DNA of 20,000 nt from Lophium mytilinum (lineage: Eukaryota): contig MU004195.1 of assembly GCA_010093605.1 (NCBI GenBank), positions 977,281-997,280 on the forward strand. The letters run 5' to 3'. The position numbers and the translations under genes are program-made. Within the stretch, counting starts at the first letter, position 1; every line of letters starts with the position of its first letter. Below the pieces are notes generated by a model that had not been told where the DNA came from, did no database searches, and saw only the letters and a list, made by a program, of their open reading frames with translations. Shown piece by piece: positions 1 to 9,493 of this stretch.

Positions 1-185
1 ACAGCGGGACCGCGACCTTCCGGTCGTGGGTGTTGAGACCCAAGTTCGATCCTTGACATCGGACACGTTCATGTCGCTTTTCTTTTGCCATTCAAGCATG
101 TCTGAATGGTCTTTTGTGAGGAGATTATGCGGTGTTCATTTTGGGGTATCTAGTATCTGACTAACTTATACAGGCTCCGAATTAG
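1..185 (+). CDS. Possible 3' end of a gene entering from the left (exon ..115, intron 116-173, last exon 174-185)
   Basis: The frame starting at base 2 is open to 115. It is followed by a GTGAG donor at 116, CTAAC branch at 161, CAG acceptor at 171-173, then GCT CCG AAT TAG. No recognisable protein motif. Confidence 0.3.
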
Positions 186-240
186 GTGAGTGGAGTGTCG
201 CTAAGGCCTACTTGGAAAATCGGTCGAAGGCCCATAGCCC

Positions 241-2247
241 TCAAACAGAATTAGGCCCTTCCCTAGCTTGCTCTTTCTTTTCGTGGTCCAAAAGCCACCG
301 CATCGATTTCTCTAGGTCTTCCCGATCTTCCTCTGTGCACTCCGGGTCTTCCTCGGAATCCTTTCGTGCATGCTTCCGGATCTCTGTAAACATCGCAACT
401 GCCGTTTCGAAGAGTTCGTGTAGAATCCAGCCGTCGGAACTCAAGCCGAAGTCTTCAGACAGAGCCTGCCATACGTATTGGCAGCCGTTAAAGCTTTCTG
501 CTTGATCCTTGTGTTTCTTAAGCTCGGTGGCGGAGAATTGATAGGGGCAAGGCGCAGCAATGCCTAAGCTTTCCCAGTCTCTAGTCGAGTGAGTCAGTTA
601 GACTCGATAGGTAGAAATACGAGGATGAAGTATAGAAGCTCGTACCTTTCCAGTCGTTTCAGAATCTCCCGGAGCCTGCAGAGCTCGCCACTCCATGTGC
701 CCACCGCGAAGCACATAAGGTCCGTTATTCTATCGCGATGAGGATACGTGAGTGCTTTATGAAGTAGAGGGTTCCGCGCTTCTGTCTTCTGGCTGTAGAG
801 GCGCGATTGTATAGATCGAGCTATCTTGTCACGTATCTTTCCCTTCTCTTCGTCATCCAACTCCTTGAAGTTTTCCGGTAGCTCTAGCATTGAATCTCCA
901 GTATGGCGTAAACAACGAGGCACTTCCGCTGAAGCAAAAAGCGGCTTGACGGAGATAGCCTGCCAATCAAAAATGTTCGTGATTTTGCCTTCGTGAACTA
1001 ACACGTTCTGGTCGTGAAGCTCTGTGTTCCGCAGCCGGAACGACAAGAAATCCGGCTCTTTAGGTGCGATCAAGGGAGTTACGCGAAGGTACTTGCGGAG
1101 CATCTCGATGTGAGCTTCTGGAAATCGCTGGTTGTAGCCCACGCTCCATCGATTGGTCATGTCAAGATTTTCCGGAGCCGCAAATCGGCGGAGCCAGGCG
1201 ATTTCAGTATGGGCGATGGATTCGTAGTAGTCCTGAGCTGTGTGCCCTATTGAGGTATGAGCAAGTCTCTGAAGAAAGTAGATCAAGAGACGACGAACAA
1301 GGACCACGGCTGAGACCCATATCCGATTTTCCTTTCTCTGAGAATTCTCTCTCGGTCGTGGGACCGATGACAAACCTAGGAAGGCTCACTCTAGTATCTT
1401 CAGAGAAGTCGCCGGTAATATTTACTTCTTCACAACCAGGTAAGTCCTGATCAGCATAGTATAGAGCACCAGACCTATATATAGATTTTCAGTATTGACC
1501 TACATATCAATTACCATGATACTGACTTGCTGAAAGACACCGAAAGAAATTTCTTCTCAAGATCAACAAGCTCGTCGATGATCTTCTCTCTCTCATAAAG
1601 GCTCATTTTGTCCCAAAGATACACCAGCTTAGTACCTGTTTCCTCCCGTTAGATTTCCACGAATGTCGATCTTCTCCAATGGAATTACGCATACCTTTCA
1701 CCTTCTCCGTAACTACATATTCCGCCCCCACCGCATTCTCCTTCGCACACCATGCAAGCACCTTCGGCACCGGCACCCCCATGACGCTGCTCGCAAAATC
1801 CATAGTCGCGACCTCTGACGCGATCGTATACGTCTCTACACCCGCGATAGGATGAGGCACTCTCACCTCAACCTCCGAGCCGTCATCCATCACAAGATCA
1901 AAGAGTTTGAAGTAATGAGTCTCCCACACTTTCTTCATGGAAACACATGACTGCGCGCCAGCGGCCTTAGCGGCTATTTTCTTGAGCTCATCGACGTTGA
2001 ATTCGCGGTGGCGATCGCGGAGACTTTGGGTCTCGTTCCAGAGGAAGCGGCCATACGTGTAATTGAAGTAGTCTTCGGAATGGTCTGGGGTTTGGTTCGG
2101 TATGGAAGCTGGGGATGGGGATGGGGTGGATAGATGCCTGATTTGCTGCGCCGCAATCTGGGGAAGCGTTTTAGGAAAGATTCTGAAGGACGGAGTGCAT
2201 TTAGGGAGTATTGCGGTGACTCGAACGAAAGCTCTAGGGGCGAGCAT
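241..2247 (-). CDS. Aim9-like / APH (aminoglycoside-phosphotransferase fold) kinase-like protein, 592 aa, probably mitochondrial; exons 2247-1695, 1635-1527, 1474-1299, 1246-646, 580-241
   Basis: Four GT-AG introns (1694-1636, 1526-1475, 1298-1247, 645-581; two have a CTAAC branch) join the ORF fragments into one 1779-nt frame. Family motifs: YTYGRFLWNE, FNVDELK, ASEVATMDF, VPVPKVLAW, NAVGAEY, RFVIGPT, RGPW (spliced), IFDWQ, CPYQFS, DGW. The N-terminus is Arg-rich and acid-free, like a mitochondrial presequence. Confidence 0.9.
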
Positions 2248-2710
2248 TTCCCCTTTGAAGTGAAAGGAATATATGCTGCTGTTGAGAGCGAGCAAGTCGC
2301 GAGGTTCAGCTATGATTGAGGTTAGCGTGCACGGCCCAGCAAAAGGGCTACTTGCTACGCTTGACGCCGGGCATCAAAAAAAGTGGTACATTAGGAGGTA
2401 TTATGTTTTATATACACTGGTCTGCCCCTGCTAGTGTACCCTTGTAGCTAAGGTAAAAGCAGTCTACGGCTCTAGCGATGCTCACACATGAGGTTGTCGA
2501 AGTTACGGATTTGAGGCACATTCGGAAATTGATCAACTCGGCGTAAACTTAACATCCGCATGATTTTGTTGAGCACTATATATGTACAAAGAGGACACCT
2601 AGCAAAGTTTGCAAGGTCCATAAATTAGAAGACAAAATATGTAGCAGAGAAGCGAAACAGGCTGCAGTAATCGCCTAGACAATCAGATAGCTGTCAAGTG
2701 CAGAAATCCT

Positions 2711-3980
2711 TCAGACCTTCCCAACACCCGCGTTGCCCTTCACGCTAGAAGCGACACCGGTGTTAGCAGCAGCGGTAGCAACCGTCTTGCCACTAAAGTC
2801 TGAGAAGAAGCTGGTGACAGAGCCAGTGAGAGTACCACTGCTTCCAAATGCATTCAGTTGGCACACATGGCCAAGGTAAGTTGAGCAAGCCTTGTTTGTT
2901 GTGGTATCGGGGGAAGAAAAAACGCTGCCAGCAGAGCCAGAAAGAAGCGGTGACACGACGTTCTGAAAAACGTTTCCTTCCGCAACAACGTAACCACCAC
3001 TGGCAACATCGAAGGCATGGCCGCTGTTGGCGTACCAGTAGTTGTTGACCGCGTGAATAACAGAGTTACCGCCGACCTTTGGTGATCGTCCGCTAGTGTG
3101 GTGGATGTAGTTGCCCTTGAGCGTTACAAGGTCATTTGAGCCAGTGAAGTACAAGGCCCAGTAATGGTGGTTATCACAGGTGGCCGACCAGGATGTGGAG
3201 CCATCAAACTCGTTGTTGGTGATAGAGACGCGGTTAGAGGCAGTGGTGCCCAAAACTACGAACTGGCGACCGATGAGGGAGATCTTGACGTGATCGATCC
3301 ATACTAGATCTGCACCTGCGATGGTAATGGCATCCCCACCCCAAATGTACTGAGGGTTCAGCTCGGTGATATGGATGTTCTGGATGATGACGTTCTTTGC
3401 TCCGTTGGCAATGCGCAGACCCTTGCCGCGAATGACTCCTGAGCTTCCGATGCCAATGATAGACTTGTTCGAGCCGACGTCGATGGAGCTAACGCCGGCT
3501 TTGTCGTAAGTGACGCTGATAGAAGTCGCTCCGGTTCCAGCGTTGCCGTTGGTACACCTAACGAGCATGTTAGATTAAATCCATGTACAGCAACTTTGGG
3601 AAAATGTAGTACCAGTCAGCGTGATTGATGGCATCCTGTCCACCATCACCCGGGCACTTGTTCGAAGCAGGTCTGCATCCTGTCTCGGTCACGGAACCCT
3701 CACTACCGATGAAGTTGTACCTAGAGACTTGACATTAGGACGGTATGGCAATGGTTGAGAATGAGAATGCGCACTCTTTGTTCAAGACGATTACTCGAGC
3801 CGTTGAATCAGTGAGCCAGGTCTTCAACTCAGCAATATCAGCAGGATACTGAGGGGTAGCAGAGCCTCCACCCGTAGTGCTCGCAGCAAATCCTTCGGGC
3901 GTCCCACTGACGCCAACAGCTACGGACCGTCCCGCAAGCAACGCGAGAGAAAGAAGCGAGAGGATTGACATGCCCGGCAT
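2711..3980 (-). CDS. Secreted pectin lyase, polysaccharide lyase family 1, 386 aa; exons 3980-3775, 3720-3613, 3557-2711 (alternative ATG at 3971)
   Basis: Hydrophobic signal peptide and the motifs [49 protein letters not shown] and GRSPKV. Introns 3774-3721 and 3612-3558 have GT..CTAAY..AG and keep the frame (1161 nt total). Confidence 0.95.
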
Positions 3981-4968
3981 GTTTGAAAGGAAGTAATGGG
4001 GTTCGAAAGAAAGAAGTAAGGATAATACCTTGAATGGTGGGCTTCTAGCTTCACTTTATCATTGTAGTCCCCTGTAAGCTAAAAAGATTGCAGTGAGACT
4101 TTCCGGAAAATTTGTATCCATAGCAGCGGGGTTGAATAGAATTCTCCGGTGACTGCCGTGAGTGTTTCGGCATATTACCTTCGCTTGAAGTGTTCGAAAC
4201 ACACTTCGGGACAGATAGCTTGGCGCAATTTAGATTAGTGCCGGAGCAAGGTCTGAGCGAGTCAGATGCGAGGAATAGCCGTCTCTAAGGACGTTTCATT
4301 CATGCAGAACATGCGATCGAATCGAAGTGCCAAGACATGTTGGAACGATCACTCAAAATAGAGGGGTTCTTGCCAAGTACAAGCCTTTGAGTGAGCAGAG
4401 GGAAAAGTGCTAAGATAATGTGCAGATAATCAGGCCGCAGCACAGAGTACTCAGCACGGAATATTATGAAGAATGCTGCTGCTGTACGTAAGAGCTTTTT
4501 GTTTTGAGTCCATTTCCGAGTTAACGTGGTGCGTGGTGGTGGGAGACGGAGATGAGGTTTTGGAAAGATAGCGATCGGAAACATCCATCAATAGATGGCC
4601 CCTGATGCGTAGACCCCTGCTGACTAGCCACGTGACCTTTGACTTAAACTGTTAGTGATCAATAGAAGGCCCTTTGAAAGAGACAATAGAGTATAAAGCG
4701 AGCGCACAGACTGGTCTAGATTGCTTCTCATGTTCGCCCAAAGGAGTAGGCTCTAGGATAACGCCGAGTTGAACCCCCCACGTGATTATTACTAGGCCCC
4801 CTACACGCGAGTCCAGAGAGTTGCTGTCGATAACGACAAGAGATGCAATGCAAGTATGAGCTATTCTGCTTGTAGCCATCAATATTCTCTGACATTCGAG
4901 CCATCGCCATCGCCACGTAAATATTCAGCACCCTGAACTCCCTTTCCTACACCCCTCCAACGGATATC

Positions 4969-6279
4969 TCATCCCTTGCAGTACTCAGCGCCGAGTCGCC
5001 TCTTCTTGGCGACCACGACCGAGTCTTCTAGCTCGACGCCTGAATGGCTTCCAGATATTGACACTGTGGAGTCGCTGTTACCCTGCGACTCCTTCTCGGC
5101 TCCGTCATCATCATCGATTTCCGCCTGTTCCACTTCCAGAGCGTATATCGACGCACGAGACTCACGAACGTTCGAGACCTCCCCCACTTGCTCTACTTGA
5201 TCACTGGGAGGCGGTAGCGGCTCGTTTTCTTTGTCGTCGTCAGATGCAGCGTATTCGCGTGTAATACGAGTGGGAGCGGCTTTCGGAGCTGTTGCCAGTT
5301 GACCATCCTCATTGCTCGCCTCGGGAACCGCACTCAGACGTGGTCGGTGTCCTAACCTCCCCTTAGGTTTCATCTTGACTAAACGTTGGTGCTTTCCACC
5401 TTGGGGTTCTTCCACTTCCGGACGGTATTCTTGCGCGAGTGGATGTTTGCGCTTTTGCTTCCGCGCCTGGGGCTCTTCAGCTCCTGCGTCGGCTTCTTCA
5501 GTTGGCGGTGATCGCTTGCGCTTCGCATCAGTAGGTGGTTCGGTCACATGAGTGACCTCTCGATAGCACTCCAAACCTCTCACTGCGTGGTCGTGATACC
5601 AGCAGCTTCCCAACTCCGCCACTTTCGTCGGAAGGTTGCCGAAGCGTGGTATACCAGTAGCCAGACGATCTTTGTTCAGCTTGAGATAACAGTCCTGCAC
5701 AAGGCACAAGAAGCTATTAGGGTAGTCATCCGAGTTCTCAATCCGGCAGCAGGCTGCGTTTCCGCTTCCGCAAACCTCTACGAACAGCTTCCGTAGCATG
5801 GAACGTGGCTTTGAGATACGCCACACTGCATTGACCAGGGCTTGGCCAGGTGGGGCATGCGGCTTCAGCTTGCGAAGCAGCACATCCATGATGTGGTCCA
5901 TGAAACGGGATGCGCCTATGCGCTCTCCAAGAAGGTATGTTTCCACCAAGTCTTCAATGCTGTTCCACTCGAACTTCGATCCATCCTTTTCCCTAATGCT
6001 GTTCGTGCGGACGAAGAAGTGGAAAATAGTGTATGCAGGGACATCTTCTTCGCCAAGTATATCGAGCTCCTCGTTATTCTTTTCGAGGTCCTGGAAGTAC
6101 TTGGCAAAGGAGCGTGAATTTTTGATCAGGTCGTCCCTGTTGAAGTTGAAAGTCGCGGCAGGTATGAAAACGGGAAGTTTTCCGCGGTCTGGGTGGTCGA
6201 AATACTCGACATGACCGAGCCGGAGCTCGAAATAGGGGGTTATTGGAATTGGATGATGAGTTGAAGCGCCTCGTGGCAT
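4969..6279 (-). CDS. Intronless BTB/POZ-like domain protein, 436 aa, with a charged, probably disordered C-terminal tail carrying basic NLS-like clusters
   Basis: Long ORF following the fungal BTB pattern: F..RDDLIKNSRSF, EEDVPAYTIFHFFV, LVETYLLGERI, SMLRKLFVE, YPNSFL, CWYHDH. The tail contains KRKR, RKQKRKH and KKRRL. Confidence 0.75.
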   Translation of the reverse strand: MPRGASTHHPIPITPYFELRLGHVEYFDHPDRGKLPVFIPAATFNFNRDDLIKNSRSFAKYFQDLEKNNEELDILGEEDVPAYTIFHFFVRTNSIREKDGSKFEWNSIEDLVETYLLGERIGASRFMDHIMDVLLRKLKPHAPPGQALVNAVWRISKPRSMLRKLFVEVCGSGNAACCRIENSDDYPNSFLCLVQDCYLKLNKDRLATGIPRFGNLPTKVAELGSCWYHDHAVRGLECYREVTHVTEPPTDAKRKRSPPTEEADAGAEEPQARKQKRKHPLAQEYRPEVEEPQGGKHQRLVKMKPKGRLGHRPRLSAVPEASNEDGQLATAPKAAPTRITREYAASDDDKENEPLPPPSDQVEQVGEVSNVRESRASIYALEVEQAEIDDDDGAEKESQGNSDSTVSISGSHSGVELEDSVVVAKKRRLGAEYCKG

Positions 6280-6784
6280 CTTGCTGGTTATCTCCAGCTG
6301 GAAACAAGTTCTCTTAGGAGTTGAGTCTTATTAGGAGAGATTGGTGGTGTTTATGGTGGTGGCACTCGTAGGTGGTCATGTTATTGTGCACTTTTAGTAG
6401 ATGTGCCGAATTCCTAGGCGGCCCTTCGCCTTGGAAGTGGCATTCCGGTGAATTCTGACCACCTACTCGAACATTGACGCCCGATGTACAAAATTATCAC
6501 GGAGACTATCGGGACTTGGGAGTGTATTGAGCTCTAGTGGATATCAGTGGAGCGTTTCTGCGGTGGGCGACCAACGGTGGAGAGCGAATTAGTCGATGAG
6601 TGAAAGAGAAAGAGGGCACACATGGATGTGGAACAAGTTCCCAAGATCTCGTATGTTACGACTAGCAAAGTGTTCGAAGGAAGGATCTAGAGCAACGGAG
6701 GAAGAGACGCGAAAGATAAAGAGCCATTCTGAGAGTTTGACAATCTTCCCTGATTTGCGCCCCTACTTCTTTCGTCGGCATTTC

Positions 6785-6790
6785 TATAAA
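6785..6790 (+). promoter_or_regulatory. Candidate TATA box of the disrupted + strand gene
   Basis: TATAAA followed by a CT-rich tract, about 80 bp upstream of CAAC-ATG at 6869. Confidence 0.45.
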
Positions 6791-6868
6791 GCCCTTCACT
6801 TCTCTTCCGTACCTTTACTTGTCTTAAAATCCGAATCACCGACGGTCGCAGATCACAATCATTCCAAC

Positions 6869-6975
6869 ATGTCCCAGTCAATAACTCTATACATCGGCAC
6901 AGACCAGCCAAATGTGTTCGTTTCTGGAACCCTCTCATGTTTCATTCTTTATTCTTTGTAGTTTACACAAACAAG
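6869..6975 (+). pseudogene. 5' stub of a probable BTB/POZ gene truncated by the Copia insertion (exon 6869-6915, intron 6916-6961, exon 6962-6975)
   Basis: CAACATG start context, GTTCGT donor and TTTGTAG acceptor. The spliced peptide MSQSITLYIGTDQPNVLHKQ resembles the BTB N-terminus (vtl.vG.....f.vHk.ll) and stops exactly at the LTR's TG. Confidence 0.55.
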
Positions 6976-7227
6976 TGTTAGATAGCAAACAGGATCCTTC
7001 TATATTAGAAAGATCACCGCAGTAGATAGAAAGTATTAATCCTAAGATATTACTTCTTACTTTCTATAGGTTTAAGCCCTCTTCTATAAGCTGCGCTTAC
7101 TCCAGCTATATACGTTGGCCCCACTCGGCCACATTATACGGCTGCGCTTATTCTAGCTACCTACATTAGCTGTGCTTATTCTAGCTACCTATAATTAGCT
7201 GCGCTTATTCCAGCCCACGGTCTAACA
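6976..7227 (+). repeat. Copia 5' LTR (252 bp)
   Basis: 7-bp terminal inverted repeat TGTTAGA...TCTAACA, 28 bp upstream of the inferred gag start. The second LTR is not visible. Confidence 0.8.
7089..7215 (+). repeat. Four copies of RGCTGYGCTTAYTCYAGC inside the Copia LTR
   Basis: GCTG cores start at 7090, 7141, 7169 and 7198 (spacing 51, 28, 29 bp). Confidence 0.85.
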
Positions 7228-7255
7228 TTAGCTAATAAGTTAGCACTCCTCTTTA

Positions 7256-9260
7256 ATAGATTTCTCTTCCAGCACTATTATTAGGCTTCCGCCTAATTTT
7301 AAAAAGCTCTCCGGTCTAGAAAACTTTATTACATGGCGCAAGGCCTTTTAGGAAATTGCTTTACTCTATAGTGTCTCTTCTATTATTAATAGCTCTAAGC
7401 TAGTTATAAAGAAACCTAATATTAATAATTACTTTACCCGTATCTCTTAATAGAATAAAAATGCTTTTAATAGCCCTCTTTATATATAGATTACTACTAT
7501 AAAGTATAATATAGAACTTTAGAAATAGAAAGAGAATAATAAGCGCGTGCGTTTTATATTAATACTAATTTAGGCTATAGTTAAACCCTATATCTATAAT
7601 AAAGTTTCTAAAGCTTCTAGATAAGTACTCTCTATACTTGCCGGCCTTATTAAGAGTAATAATAAGCCTACTCTTACTTAATAGCTAGATGCTGTAAGAC
7701 ATTAAATTAAATTAATTTAGTTTTAGAATTTTATATCTATTTATAAATATATTCTATAATATATAGAACTATAATAGAATATTAAAGATACTAGGGGTAT
7801 CTATCTATTAAGTTAAGTAGTTCTTAATATACTATATAGTCTCCCTACTTACTTTAACTCCTTTATTAACCTTTAGATATTTAATAATAAAAACGCTACT
7901 ATTAATAGTGCTAGATATAGAGCGTTCTATACTAAGCTTATCTAATATACTACTAATTATAAAGAACGCTAGAATTAGTAGAAATAGACTAAGAAACGTA
8001 ATACTTATTTAAAAGGCAGCTCTAAAAAGAATAAGAATAATAAGAAGTCTAACTCCGGTAATAGTACTAAGCGGGACCGACCTAAATACTTCTACTATAA
8101 AAAGATTAGCTATAAAGAGAATATTTATTAAAAAAAGATTATAGATAATTCTCTAGATAATAAACCTAATTCTAACTTATTAAAGCTAAACCTATCTAAA
8201 ATAGACTCTACTAAGGTAGATACTAAATTAGAAAAGAAATCTAACCTTATAGGTATAGTAAACCTAGCTATTTACTAAAATAATAAATATAATAATTTAC
8301 CTTCCCGTTATATAGCTGCGGTTGCGGCTAAATTTAATATTAATTAATTCCGTTAAAATCTCTAAGATGCCTATCTATTAACTAGTATATTCTCTCTCTT
8401 TATACTTAGCTTTCTTACTAATTAACTATAGACTTATTTAATTATCTATTAGAATTATAAAGCGTATAGTGTAGATAATATATATAAGGGTTTAGATATA
8501 AAAGGTACTTATAATTTCTATAGATTAAATAGATAAAAAATCTCTCTTCTACTTATATTACTTTCTAGAACTATTTAGAAGAATATATAGCTAGGCAACT
8601 CTAGTATATTAATATATATTATAAATAACTAATTATTCTTTTCTTTCTTTATATTTATAAGTATAAAGATTAGTACCTATAAAGAATAAACTTAACTCTT
8701 AATTACTAGTAGAGGTACCGCTTTTATTACTATCTATAATAAATTAGGAAAGTTAACTAAGCTCTAGCTCTCTAATATTATATTTACACTAAATAGCTAA
8801 TATAATTTTATTTCTCTTCTAGATCTTACTACTAAGGCTAATATTAGCTTTTAGAGTACTAAAACTAGTATAACTCTTTTTAATGCTACTTATAAACTAT
8901 TTATATATACTCTACTCTAACGCGGATTATATTAATTCTATATTATCTAAGTTACTATACCTTATTTCCCTATTATAGCTACTATTATTAACTAGTTAAA
9001 TTCTATATAGAACTTTTATAGATAACTTAGTTATATTAGCTTTAAAGCTATATAAAAACTTCTTTTATTAAGTTAAGGTTTCTCTTTTACTAATAAGTAG
9101 ATTAAAGATAAGGTTAAAGAAATCTATTCTATCTATATAACTACTCGCGCTCTTAATAAAATTCTACGCGATTCTATAAGGCGCTATTTTTAAAAGCTTA
9201 GTAATCTTCTTTTTATTAATACCTAGAAACTATATTCTATTCTAGAACTTAAGAGAGAAT
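7256..9260 (+). pseudogene. Copia gag-protease-integrase (N-terminal part), RIPed
   Basis: All in one frame: KLSG.ENFITW (7304-7336); knuckle CFYCKKIGHKENIC (8087-8128); protease WLGDSG.S.H (8588-8617); HRRLGH (9017-9034) and C..C (9125-9136); IDTW(G)P with the first integrase Asp at 9218. Confidence 0.9.
9256..9260 (+). repeat. Left copy of the 5-bp TSD AGAAT (right copy 17543-17547)
   Basis: Identical 5-mers abut the outer ends of both 220-bp LTRs. Confidence 0.92.
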
Positions 9261-9480
9261 TATTATAGTATAATAGTAGATTATAAGAAAAGACCTAATA
9301 TTAGTATATATAGATAAAGTAGCTATAAGAGAGAAAGAAGGGCGCGGAGCGCCGGCTAAGAGGTAGGTAAGGCTGGCGCTAAGCCTAGTTATATAATAGT
9401 AATTATATACTAGAGAGTATATAACGCCGTTATATATATTAGAAATATATTATAATAGAAGTTATATTATAGCTATAATA
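9261..9480 (-). repeat. Gypsy 3' LTR (220 bp)
   Basis: Matches 17323-17542 at 207 of 220 positions with no indels. The ends TATTATAG...CTATAATA are inverted repeats (RIPed TG...CA). Confidence 0.96.
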
Positions 9481-9493
9481 CTACTCCCCCTCT
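9481..9493 (-). other. Gypsy polypurine tract AGAGGGGGAGTAG
   Basis: Purine run on the minus strand directly abutting the 3' LTR. Confidence 0.88.

Noticed and set aside
2248..2295. Extended N-terminus MLALNSS... from the ORF track
   Set aside because: Starts at TTG. The first ATG (2247) gives a presequence-like N-terminus.
212..2319. Short ORFs overlapping the kinase-like gene (212-505, 1014-1253, 1064-1450, 1974-2156, 2134-2319)
   Set aside because: Antisense or off-frame shadows of a well-supported spliced gene, with no motifs.
2848..3048. 66-aa + strand ORF
   Set aside because: Antisense to the pectin lyase exon.
4300..4931. Small minus-strand ORFs (94, 76, 67 aa) as candidate effectors or a hidden gene
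   Set aside because: No convincing signal peptide, cysteine pattern or consistent splice model. More likely promoter and 3' UTR sequence, though RNA-seq could overturn this.
4976..6307. Multiple ORFs overlapping the BTB gene
   Set aside because: Antisense or alternate-frame shadows.
6596..6961. 121-aa + ORF and 83-aa - ORF taken as genes
   Set aside because: Only the part from ATG 6869 looks coding. The rest covers the TATA/CT-rich promoter and reads through the intron.
7089..7215. CRISPR-like repeat-spacer appearance
   Set aside because: Eukaryotic LTR context, spacers are short and similar to each other, and there are no cas genes.
7228..7250. Copia primer-binding site
   Set aside because: TTAGCTAATAAG could be a RIPed TTGG..., but I cannot assign a tRNA with confidence.
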